Shown: one piece after another, positions 15,328 through 24,362 of the stretch
Numbering within the stretch: position 1 is the stretch's first letter
Layout of the letters: every line of letters begins with the position of its first letter
IMG/VR virus record: IMGVR_UViG_2061766007_000494
Length of the DNA stretch: 27,769 bases
DNA from: an uncultured virus (IMG/VR IMGVR_UViG_2061766007_000494)
Lineage: Duplodnaviria; Heunggongvirae; Uroviricota; Caudoviricetes
Direction: 5' to 3' (one strand)
Notes under the pieces: model-generated
Told to the model about the DNA's origin: nothing
The model's input: the letters and a program-made list of their open reading frames with translations, nothing else
Databases searched by the model: none
Position numbers and translations under genes: made by a program

Positions 15328-17467
15328 TTGGGCGAAATCTGGAAAGCTATGCTGATAGCCCTGCATTTTTTCGTAGATAAACAGTCCGAGAATGCCGCTA
15401 ATGATTCCGTTGCGAAGTTCGCGCAGAATGCAATGCGGCAGCTAAGGCAAATCGGAGCCGTCGCCGCCNNNNNNNNNNNNNNNNNNNNNNNNNNNNNNNN
15501 CGTCGCAGGCCGAAGAGACCGCATTCGTATTCGAGAATATCTACGGTGATTTGTCGGATTCTCAGGCCAAATGGGCGGAGGAATTCGCGGATACCTACAA
15601 TCGGAGTGCAACGAAGGTCAAAGAAACACTTGCTCAGATTCAGCATGAAATGATTGGCTTCACGAAAGCCGGTACAGACGAAGAGAAGAAAAACGTTGCT
15701 GAAATGTCCAAGACGATTGAGCAAGCGGCTCTTAACCTCGGTGCTTTCTACGGGTTAGATTCCAAAACCGCGATAAATACCCTGTTAAGCGCTACGCAGG
15801 GTTCGGATGCGGCTATGCAGACCTTCAATGTTGGGCAGGGTACGACCCTTACCCGGAACCGGCAGGAAGCAATGAGGGAGCTGTTGTCAGAGGGCGCATT
15901 GAGCGCCTATTCGGCAAGGTCCTATGAGAATCTAACTCCTTATGAGAAATCCCTAGTAAACCTGAGAACTGTCCTAAATGCGAATAAGCAGGCTACGGAT
16001 GCTCTTGCAAAAAGCCAAGGGAACTACGCCACGATGCAGGAGAATCTACAAGAATCTCTTGCAGAACTCAAAGAAACGCTTGGGAAATTCTTTTTGCCAA
16101 CGGCAAAGAAAATCGTGGACTTCCTGACTATTATCGTGCGGTATCTGAATGATGTGCTGGGAGCGGTAAAGAAGGTCACGGATTTCCTTGGCGTTACTGA
16201 GTTGGCGGTAAATATGTTGGCTGGCGGGCTGGCTGTTCTGGTCGGTATGCGGGTTGTCGGATGGGCGAGAGGCGTAATCACAGCGTTACGAGGCATAGCC
16301 ACAGCGGCAACGGGAGCTGGCGTAGGAGTCGGAGCGCTGGGTACGGCTGCTATACCCCTTGCGGTCACACTTGCGCTTCTGGTAGCGGTCTATGCGGTAG
16401 TCAGCGATATCAATAAGTTCCTGAAAGGCGAGAGTTCCAAAACCGGCACGTTTTTGGAGCGTCTAGGATTGGACGCTGAGAAGTGGAAGCCGGTACTTGA
16501 AGGACTCAGAAATGTAATCATCGCTGTAACTATGGCACTTCTAGCTATGAGAGTCGCCGCAATAGTGACCGGGACGGCGATTATGGCTACACCTGTCGGA
16601 TGGATTATCGCCGCTATTGCGCTGCTGATAGGCGTCCTAGTCGTTGTTATCAAGTATTGGGATAATATCAGAGCGAAGTTGAAGCAATGGACGGATTGGC
16701 TTCACGAGAAAATCAGTAAAGCGCCTATCTTGGCGGCGATGCTGTCGGCAATCTTCACCGGTCCTATCGGGCCAATTATTATCCTGATTCGACATTTCGA
16801 CGAAATCAAGAAAAAGGTTGTCGATTTCTTCAAGACGGTCAAAGAGACACTTACAGAGTTTGAGAATTCTATCCCCGTTTGGCTGAGGGCAATTATCGCG
16901 TTTATCATTAACCCCGCAGCCGGTATCACGTTCCTTATCAAGCATATTCAAGAGCTAAGGGACACGGCGGAAGAATTCTATAATTGGCTGTTAGGTGTAT
17001 TCGGGAAAATTCCAGATTGGGCGCAGATGTTGATGGGGCCGATTGGAGGACTGACCCTCCTAGTCGAGCATTTCGACGAAGTGAAGACGGCGGCGCAAAC
17101 GGCGTGGGAGTGGGTGCAGAAATTCTACAATTTTGTACGGCATCCCTTCGGCGGTGGGGAAGGAGACGGTGGCGGACAAGGCGGCGGACGAGGTGTGAAC
17201 GTTTCGGATGCTCTGCGGCTGTTTAACCTTGGAGCTATTGCGGATGTGCTTCAATACGCTAGGTCTGGGAATGTGAGCGGTTCGACGCTGGCGATGGCAA
17301 GCGGGACGTATAATTCCAGCAACCGGAATGTGACCCAAAACATCACGTTCAATCAGGAGTTCAAGGGTTCGGAATCGATGGACCAGAAGATAGCCAGGTC
17401 GGCGGAAGAATCGTATGAAAGCGCATTCGATAAGTTCACGAGCGCGATAGCAAAACTGCTGACTTAA
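15328..17467 (+). CDS. tape measure protein (spans an N gap)
   Basis: TTG 15328 behind AGGAGG. After the 32-N gap at 15469-15500 the frame of ORF 15551 reads SQAEETAFVFENIYGDLSD... Helical, with hydrophobic segments and repeated IKYWDNI / IRHFDEI / VEHFDEV motifs. Confidence 0.9.
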
Positions 17468-17479
17468 GGGGGTAGATTC

Positions 17480-18034
17480 ATGGATTTGGAAAATCCGCTT
17501 GCTAGCCTCGGACCTACCCCCGTTGCAATTGGCGCGGTGCAGTTTGACGCGCTGTTGGAAATCACCGAAAAGTTTGATGCGAACGTCCCAATGATACGTA
17601 CAGATATGGGGTATGATACATCAGATGATATCATACCCGGTTTGATGCGGGTTGACATGCGGCTGTTTGTGACTCCTACTCCGGTAACTTGGTGGAGTGT
17701 AGAAAGCCATAGGTTGAGGAATCCACGCGAAGTTGTAGATGCGCTGAAAGTGCTCTTGGAAAAGCGAAAGCCTGTTTTCGTTACTACGGTAAAACGGAAC
17801 TACGAGAACATGATGATAAACAAAGTCACTACAAGCAAGACCGCTGATACAGGGTATGCTCTTGAAATCACGGTTTCGATGATTCAGTTGACGATAGCAC
17901 CTTATACGGAACAGGTGATGCATGTGGTCAATGAGTTCGCGCCGAGTACGAATATCGGGCAGATTCTTACCGTTGGTTCGGAGGACGGTGTACCGCAATT
18001 TTACGGCCCGTTTTTTGATGAAAGAGACAGGTGA
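17480..18034 (+). CDS. Dit-like / tube-initiator baseplate protein, paralog 1
   Basis: Follows the TMP. FDALL, LFVTPTPVTW, YENMMI and DTGYALEITV. Confidence 0.75.
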   Translation: MDLENPLASLGPTPVAIGAVQFDALLEITEKFDANVPMIRTDMGYDTSDDIIPGLMRVDMRLFVTPTPVTWWSVESHRLRNPREVVDALKVLLEKRKPVFVTTVKRNYENMMINKVTTSKTADTGYALEITVSMIQLTIAPYTEQVMHVVNEFAPSTNIGQILTVGSEDGVPQFYGPFFDERDR

Positions 18035-18040
18035 CATATC

Positions 18041-18640
18041 ATGGATTACCTGAAAGGCGAAAGATTACCAGTTACGTTTGTGGTCAAGCTTGGCGACAAA
18101 GAGTATCGGGCGATGTTTGATGCGCATATTGACAGCAAAGAAGACTTCTCAATAGAGACGCCGACATATCCGGTTGAAAAGGATTTCGACACTACTACAA
18201 GTACCTTAAACCACCAGACGCAATTGATGATGAACCTGTTTTTGACACCTTATCCGGTTACATGGTCGAGCCTCTTCGGCAGAAGTATCGAAACAGTAAA
18301 AGACACCTTGATTCGGATGTATTGGCAGCATTGCCCTATTACTGTGGAGACGCAGGATGAGACCTATGAGGATATGGCAATAAAGAGCATGACGTTCAAA
18401 AGAAATTCCGATACTGGGGATGCTTACGACGTTGCGGTGACGTTAATGCATGTGAAGCCTACGGCAGGCAGACTTGCTCAGTATGCGATGGGGAAGCAGT
18501 TAAAGAGGGATGAAGAAGCACAGGCGAGAATTGCGAACAAAGAAAACGGGAGCATATTCAACACTGGAAAGCTGGAAGTTGAAGAAAAGATGGATTGGGC
18601 GCAAAATGTCCCGTGGTATTTGATGGGAGTTATGCCCTAA
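18041..18640 (+). CDS. Dit-like / tube-initiator baseplate protein, paralog 2
   Basis: FDAHI, PTYPVE, LFLTPYPVTW, YEDMAI and DTGDAYDVAV, collinear with paralog 1. Confidence 0.75.
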   Translation: MDYLKGERLPVTFVVKLGDKEYRAMFDAHIDSKEDFSIETPTYPVEKDFDTTTSTLNHQTQLMMNLFLTPYPVTWSSLFGRSIETVKDTLIRMYWQHCPITVETQDETYEDMAIKSMTFKRNSDTGDAYDVAVTLMHVKPTAGRLAQYAMGKQLKRDEEAQARIANKENGSIFNTGKLEVEEKMDWAQNVPWYLMGVMP

Positions 18641-18653
18641 TGGAGGGAGTAAC

Positions 18654-18962
18654 ATGATATATAGAATAGGGGTTCCTGATTTCGACGATTCTGTTTCTCT
18701 CGCCACTATAGGGAACAATCTGTGCCGATTGCGCTTCCGCTGGGATACGCTCGGTGAGTATTGGGAGTTCGGATTATACGACCAGGATTTCAAGCCCATT
18801 TTCATCGGGATAAAAATAGTCCCAAACTTCCCACTAAATCTGTTTTCTGGGCATGAGGAGTTTTCGGATGGGTACTTTTATGTAGAAACGAATGAGGAAA
18901 GGCTGACTAGAAATTCTTTCAAGAGCGGCCTTGCCACGTTCTGCTTTGGGGAGAAAACATGA
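18654..18962 (+). CDS. small baseplate protein (plug-like)
   Basis: LRFRWD....YW...LYD....PI..GIKIVPNFPL. Typical size and position before the hub. Confidence 0.7.
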   Translation: MIYRIGVPDFDDSVSLATIGNNLCRLRFRWDTLGEYWEFGLYDQDFKPIFIGIKIVPNFPLNLFSGHEEFSDGYFYVETNEERLTRNSFKSGLATFCFGEKT

Positions 18963-20584
18963 GGGACAATCAGGAAGTCGCTTTCGATGGTGAAGTATCG
19001 GAAAGCGGAACCGCGCAGGAGCCTCAACTTGATGAAATGATGCTCCGTACAAGAGTCCAACAGGCGGCTTTGCAGTGGGTTGGTACTCTTGAGGGAAGCC
19101 CGGGACACGCACAGATAGTATCCATCTTCAATTCCATATGCCCGTCTTATCCTATAACAATGGATTCGTCATGGTGCGCGGCATTCGCAAGTGTGGTAGC
19201 ATATCAGGCCGGTGTTGGCGATATCTTCCCGATAAATCCTAGATGTACTATCCAGATGGGGGGATTCCAAACTCAGGGAAGATGGGTATGGGGTTCGTCA
19301 TATAAACCGCAGATAGGGGATTTCGTCTATTACAATTGGGATGCGAAGCAAGACCCTGACCATGTTGGTATAGTGGTCGGCTGGGAAGGTAATAAGTATG
19401 TAGTCTGTGAAGGAAACAAACAAGGCCACGATTACGATACCCCACCGAACGTAGACAGGGTTGGTCTTAGATATGTGGAACCTGGTTCTTCTCTGGTGTA
19501 TGGCATCGGAGTGCCCAATTACGGGAATCTAACCGAAGTGGGCGCTCAGTTGATATATCAGCCGGTATCTTATTATCCGCCGAACACAGAGACTTGGGCG
19601 GAGTCAATGGATGGCAAGACAAATTGGCTGCGAAGATACAGGCTGGAAGCTGGGCTTGAAGGGCAGAGCGGGGGATTCGTTATCGGCGATTATGACGGGC
19701 CGAACAATCCGCCGTTAAGGATTCGGTTCAACGTGGAAAAGGCGGATATGGAAACTCCGAACAATTCCACAATCAAGATTTGGAATCTCGGAACGGCGCA
19801 CAGGAATCTGGTGTCTACTCCGGGATGCTATATCAAGCTCTTTGCCGGTTATGGGGATTTGCTGCCTGAGTTGACGGAGGGCATGATAGCAAAGGCGGTT
19901 GATTCTTTCGACGGCGGCAATATCGTTACGGAAATTGAAATCGTAGATATAAGAAAGAATATCCGGGACACGTATACGGCGATAAGCGTAACGAATATGG
20001 TCGGCGACGATATAATTAGGAAAGTCGTAAAAGAGAGCATGGGGCTTTCGGAATCCATGTGTTCTTTCGCGTCTAATCTGGATTGGTTTAACCGTACTCC
20101 TATCGGTCAGTATGTTTATTGTGGTACGGCGCTCGGGTGCATTGAAGATGTCTGCAAGATATACGGTTATAAGTGTACCATTCTGAACGGGCTTATTGAA
20201 ATTCATAGCGCGAAGAAAGAAGCGAGCGGTGCGAGACCTGTTGTTATAAGCGCAGAGACCGGGATGATAGGAAACCCAAAACGGCTCATAGAAACAGAAG
20301 ATGGCGTATTCTATTTGCGGGGTTGGCAAGTTGATTTCATGCTTGTCGGCGGGATAGACCTCGGTACTCCGGTCCAGTTGGAAAGCCCGTTTGTAGACCA
20401 TCGTAGAAACATCTTCGATGTGGTGCAGTTGAATATTACCGGTGATAGCATGGATGGCGAGTGGAAATGCTCTGCAAAGCTTCAAGACCCGTATTTCTCA
20501 CAGGTTGAGTTGTTTAATCCTAAGAATTACGGGATTGGGAATTACACGGACAGAGGTTCAGGATTCACAAGGAACGGTGGGTGA
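18959..20584 (+). CDS. baseplate hub with N-terminal CHAP peptidoglycan hydrolase domain
   Basis: CHAP: WCAAF (19172), PQIGDFVYY, DHVGIV (about 19358) and EGN. Hub from about 19620: LRIRFNVEK, NNSTIKIWNL, LFAGY and ETGMIGNP. Confidence 0.85.
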   Translation: MRDNQEVAFDGEVSESGTAQEPQLDEMMLRTRVQQAALQWVGTLEGSPGHAQIVSIFNSICPSYPITMDSSWCAAFASVVAYQAGVGDIFPINPRCTIQMGGFQTQGRWVWGSSYKPQIGDFVYYNWDAKQDPDHVGIVVGWEGNKYVVCEGNKQGHDYDTPPNVDRVGLRYVEPGSSLVYGIGVPNYGNLTEVGAQLIYQPVSYYPPNTETWAESMDGKTNWLRRYRLEAGLEGQSGGFVIGDYDGPNNPPLRIRFNVEKADMETPNNSTIKIWNLGTAHRNLVSTPGCYIKLFAGYGDLLPELTEGMIAKAVDSFDGGNIVTEIEIVDIRKNIRDTYTAISVTNMVGDDIIRKVVKESMGLSESMCSFASNLDWFNRTPIGQYVYCGTALGCIEDVCKIYGYKCTILNGLIEIHSAKKEASGARPVVISAETGMIGNPKRLIETEDGVFYLRGWQVDFMLVGGIDLGTPVQLESPFVDHRRNIFDVVQLNITGDSMDGEWKCSAKLQDPYFSQVELFNPKNYGIGNYTDRGSGFTRNGG

Positions 20585-21154
20585 TGCGGCACGAAAATTG
20601 AGCTTGTAAACGCCATTACTAAGCAGGCGCAAAGAATCACCGAAGAAATCCATACCGCTATGCCGGGTGAAATACTCAGTATAGATTACGACAAAGGGAC
20701 ATGTAGCGTACAGCCTTATGCGCTGCTGAAGATAGTCACCGGGGACAAGTTGCAGTATCCGGTAATAAATGATGTGCCTATCGTAGTTCCTCAGTCGAGT
20801 ATTCAAGATGCCTGCATTGCGTTCCCTATTGTTCCCGGAGATACATGCCTGTTGATTGTTTCGGAAGGTACTCTGGATTATTGGAGATACAACCGGGTTA
20901 CGGAGCTTGATGCCAAGTTTTCTCTGTCTAACGCTGTGTGCATTCCCGGACTTACTAGGAAGTTCGACCCTTGCTTCAAAGAGGCGGCGGAAGACGGCGC
21001 GGTTATCTTGAAATATGGAGCGGGGAAGTTCAAACTGACAGATACGACCATGACGATATCCGCGCAAAACCTTGTTCTGGAAGCGGGAAACAATCTCACG
21101 TTATCCGCTGGGAACAATGTTACAGTTTCCGGTAGTCGTGTGGATATCAACTAG
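20584..21154 (+). CDS. central spike (Gp138/gpV-like OB fold plus short beta helix); 5' end ambiguous
   Basis: IHTAMPGEI, CSVQP, DVPIVVP, FPIVPGDTCLLIVSE, FSLSNAVCIPG and terminal GSRVDIN. The first in-frame ATG is 20660, but spike-like sequence extends upstream. Confidence 0.85.
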
Positions 21155-21164
21155 GAGGGTGCTT

Positions 21165-21488
21165 ATGGCGGCGGCTTGCCGAGTTGGTGATACCTGCGCC
21201 GGAACGTGCAATATCGGAGCACCGGATTGCCCACATACCTATAGCGGGGGGACGTGCGATACCGGAAGTCCCTCCGTTTTTATCAACAAAAAAGCCGCTG
21301 TGAGAGTGAATGATACCGGGGCAACGCATTGCCCACATGGGGGCAGCTTCAAATCCTCCGCAGGAAGCGCCACAGTGTTCATTAACGGCAAGGCAGCGGT
21401 TCGGGTGGGTGATTCCATTACCTGTAATACGTGCGCTCAGGGCGGCTCACACACGACAGGAAGCGGTAGTGTATTTATTGGGGGATAA
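21165..21488 (+). CDS. PAAR-repeat spike-tip protein
   Basis: AACRVGD, GSPSVFINKKAAVRVND, GSATVFINGKAAVRVGD and GSGSVFIGG, with Cys/His metal ligands. ATG 21165 behind AGGAGG. Confidence 0.92.
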   Translation: MAAACRVGDTCAGTCNIGAPDCPHTYSGGTCDTGSPSVFINKKAAVRVNDTGATHCPHGGSFKSSAGSATVFINGKAAVRVGDSITCNTCAQGGSHTTGSGSVFIGG

Positions 21489-21490
21489 GT

Positions 21491-21841
21491 ATGCTTGATA
21501 TACTCATGAAAGACGGTGACCTTGTTATTACAAGAGGCGGGGATATCGTTCTGGCGGATAGTGTTCGGCAGGCGATAAGGATACGGCTTTTGTGGTTTGC
21601 GGGTGAATGGAGGTTCAATGAAGCGTTCGGAATCCCGTATTACAGTGAGGTCTACGTAAAGAATCCAAATCTTGAGAAAATAAAGCTGATTCTCACGAGG
21701 GAGATTCGGAAGGTTGAAGAAGTTCAGGATGTGCGGGACATGAGCATTACGCTTGACCGGAGCAATCGGGTGGCGAATGTGATGTTCACGGTCTACACAA
21801 GCCAAGAGACTTTTGATATGGAGGTGGCCTTGGGTGCCTGA
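21491..21841 (+). CDS. baseplate wedge / sheath initiator (gp25 / Mu gp46-like)
   Basis: DGDLVI, VRQAIRIRLLWFAGEWRFNEAFGIPY. Confidence 0.82.
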   Translation: MLDILMKDGDLVITRGGDIVLADSVRQAIRIRLLWFAGEWRFNEAFGIPYYSEVYVKNPNLEKIKLILTREIRKVEEVQDVRDMSITLDRSNRVANVMFTVYTSQETFDMEVALGA

Positions 21842-23738
21842 GTATGGAGTTACCCTGAACGGGGTGAATATCAAAAAGTCGGACACGATACAGGCAGAAA
21901 TCCACGCCGCCCTGACAAGCGGATGGAATGTGAATACGAGGAACAATCCTCAATCGTTCTTAAATGTCCTAGTCACGGACTTCGCGGACAAGCTGGCGGA
22001 GCTGTGGAGTTTCGGTTCTGGAATCTACTATTCCATGTACCCGTCAACGGCAGAGGGGACTAACCTTGACAATGCGGTACAGTATGCCGGGGTGCGTAGG
22101 CAGTTGTCGGAGAAGAGCTATTACCCGATTCATTGCAAGGGCATCGACGGTACGGTGCTTCCAGAGGGCACAAGGATATCTTCTATCTCTAACCCGACGA
22201 ATTATTTCTCTATCGTCCATGCTGGGACTATCACACGAGATAAGTTCAACGCGGCGGCGGTTCGGATTCAGAGCGTGACGAATAACACAGTCTATACGGC
22301 GGTAATCAATGGAATATCCTATTCCATTACTTCGGATGCATCGGCTACGGCTCTTGAAATCCTGACGGCGCTTAAAAATGCGATTACCGACACCTTGAAT
22401 TTCGCAATCGTAGTGGACGAAGATAATTCTCTTCTGGTTATCACGGCTCTTGATGTGAATTCGGTGAATTCGCTTTCCCTTAGTAGCAACCTCACGACGG
22501 AGTATGTGGTTTCTATCATTCAGTTCGCGTCTGAAGTGTCGGGTGATGTAGACCAGCCTGACGGAACGATAACACAGATTGTGACGGCTGTGAGCGGTCT
22601 TAGCGAGGTTACAAATCTAGGAGGGTATCTACCCGGCAGGGACATAGAAACTGACACAGAGCTGCGCAGAAGCTATCTGGAAAAGATATTCCATCTTGGT
22701 TCCCGGATGGCGGATAGTATTTCCAGCAAATTGCTGAATGACGTATCAGGTGTGGACAGCGTTACGGTGTTCGAGAATGATACGGACTGGACAACGCTCA
22801 CATATACCTGCGTGGGGACTGAATCAGGGAATTACTACTTTTTGAGTGATTCTATCTATTACAAGTTTGCAATGCCGGTTGGAATCACATCGGGAAGTAA
22901 GCTTGTATTCAGTACCGAGACAAAGAAACTAATGTTTGGAAACACAGAGATTTCCACAAGCATCACAAAGAACGCCCCGCAGGGAACCAGCCTGGTGGAT
23001 GATTTCATTTCGGATATCTGGCCGCACAGTATTGAGTGTGTAATCGACGGTGGAGAGGAAGCGGCGATTGCAAAGAAAATTTTGGAATCCAAAGCGGCAG
23101 GTATCAACACTTTCGGCGATATTACCGTAATGACTCCTGATTCTTTGGGAAACATGGTCCCGATTCGGTTTACAAGACCTGACGATATATTTATCTGGTT
23201 TGATTGTGAGATAACGGCTTCTGCGACGGAGGCGATGCCTGCAAACTATATTGAGCTGATTCAAAACCTCATTCTTAGCAAGATGAATGAGATAGATGCC
23301 GGTGGCTTTGTATCTCCACAAAGGTGGCTGGATGACATATTCGGAACGGTATCAGGAATTTCCTATATTGAAATCACTATGGAGGCGGAATTGAGCGATA
23401 CGGCAAGCCCCATGACTATCACCTGCACGGGCACGGAGAACGGTGCCTATTATCTGAAATACTGTGATAAGTGGTATGTCTATCACCTGAATGATTCAGG
23501 CGGTACGGCAGTTACGTCTGGCGATACGCTTACATTCAATCCCGCTGACAACGGCGTTACTATGAAGAAGAACGGAACAACAGAAGTTTCACTGGCGGTT
23601 TCGGATGTTCTCCCCGCAGGGACAGACATGAGGGCCGCGTTTATGGCTGGGTATACGCTGAGGAATTACCAGACTACGACAAGGCAGCGTCCAAGAGTCA
23701 AAGATGCCGCTATGATAGGGGTGACTATCGTTGGCTGA
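21834..23738 (+). CDS. baseplate J-like wedge protein with inserted domains
   Basis: YGVTLNG, PSTAEGTNLD, GRDIETDTELRR, FENDTD, PHSIECVIDGG, KAAGINTFG and IRFTRP. GTG 21834 behind GGAGGT. Confidence 0.9.
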   Translation: MPEYGVTLNGVNIKKSDTIQAEIHAALTSGWNVNTRNNPQSFLNVLVTDFADKLAELWSFGSGIYYSMYPSTAEGTNLDNAVQYAGVRRQLSEKSYYPIHCKGIDGTVLPEGTRISSISNPTNYFSIVHAGTITRDKFNAAAVRIQSVTNNTVYTAVINGISYSITSDASATALEILTALKNAITDTLNFAIVVDEDNSLLVITALDVNSVNSLSLSSNLTTEYVVSIIQFASEVSGDVDQPDGTITQIVTAVSGLSEVTNLGGYLPGRDIETDTELRRSYLEKIFHLGSRMADSISSKLLNDVSGVDSVTVFENDTDWTTLTYTCVGTESGNYYFLSDSIYYKFAMPVGITSGSKLVFSTETKKLMFGNTEISTSITKNAPQGTSLVDDFISDIWPHSIECVIDGGEEAAIAKKILESKAAGINTFGDITVMTPDSLGNMVPIRFTRPDDIFIWFDCEITASATEAMPANYIELIQNLILSKMNEIDAGGFVSPQRWLDDIFGTVSGISYIEITMEAELSDTASPMTITCTGTENGAYYLKYCDKWYVYHLNDSGGTAVTSGDTLTFNPADNGVTMKKNGTTEVSLAVSDVLPAGTDMRAAFMAGYTLRNYQTTTRQRPRVKDAAMIGVTIVG

Positions 23739-24354
23739 GGGATATGATATCAAGTTGATGAAGGATGTGCCGGAGCAATTCAAGAATCAGATGAACATAA
23801 AGGTTCTTCTGGATGCACTGGCGAAGCAGCTAGACGATATCGCTACCTTTTACCGAGACCTGATTACCGCTAGGACAATCGCCAATGCGGAGGGGAAGCA
23901 GCTTGATTATATCGGGGATATCGTTGACCTGACCAGAGCGGAGGCGACGGCAATTTCAACGCTTGACAGTATCATGGATGATGATATGTACCGGCGCTAT
24001 CTTCTCTATAAGATTTCTCTGAATACTTCTACCTGCACGTTACAAGATATCTACGATGCTATCAAAGCTTTTGCAAATGATGTGGCATTTTATAGTGAAG
24101 ATATCGAGCATCAGGCGACTATCATTCTCAGCCTTTCGGATGCGATGCTGCGGCTGTTCCAAAACTTCAAGTTCGCAAAGGCGGCGGGGGTTAGGTTGGA
24201 GTTCGATGTGTTCCCCACGAATAACGGAGAGGAATTTGGACTCCGTTCTTTCTTCTCTTATTTCCCGGTAGAAAAGACTTTCATTGACAATTCGATGGTT
24301 TACTACGGCGTGTTGGGGTTGGAACCGGCAAGGTATTACGTTGTGGATGAGTGA
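23731..24354 (+). CDS. baseplate wedge protein (DUF2612 / P2 gpI-like)
   Basis: AEGKQLDYIGDIV, DDDMYRRYLLYKI and KAAGV. Confidence 0.82.
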   Translation: MAEGYDIKLMKDVPEQFKNQMNIKVLLDALAKQLDDIATFYRDLITARTIANAEGKQLDYIGDIVDLTRAEATAISTLDSIMDDDMYRRYLLYKISLNTSTCTLQDIYDAIKAFANDVAFYSEDIEHQATIILSLSDAMLRLFQNFKFAKAAGVRLEFDVFPTNNGEEFGLRSFFSYFPVEKTFIDNSMVYYGVLGLEPARYYVVDE

Positions 24355-24362
24355 GGTTCGTG

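Noticed and set aside
15469..15500. Apparent separate 73-aa ORF before the tape measure gene
   Set aside because: The frame change falls within a 32-N gap, and the two parts read as one TMP.
12723..24354. T6SS, eCIS or tailocin interpretation of sheath, tube, spike and PAAR
   Set aside because: They are contiguous with MuF, protease, capsid, neck and tape measure genes, so this is a complete phage virion module.
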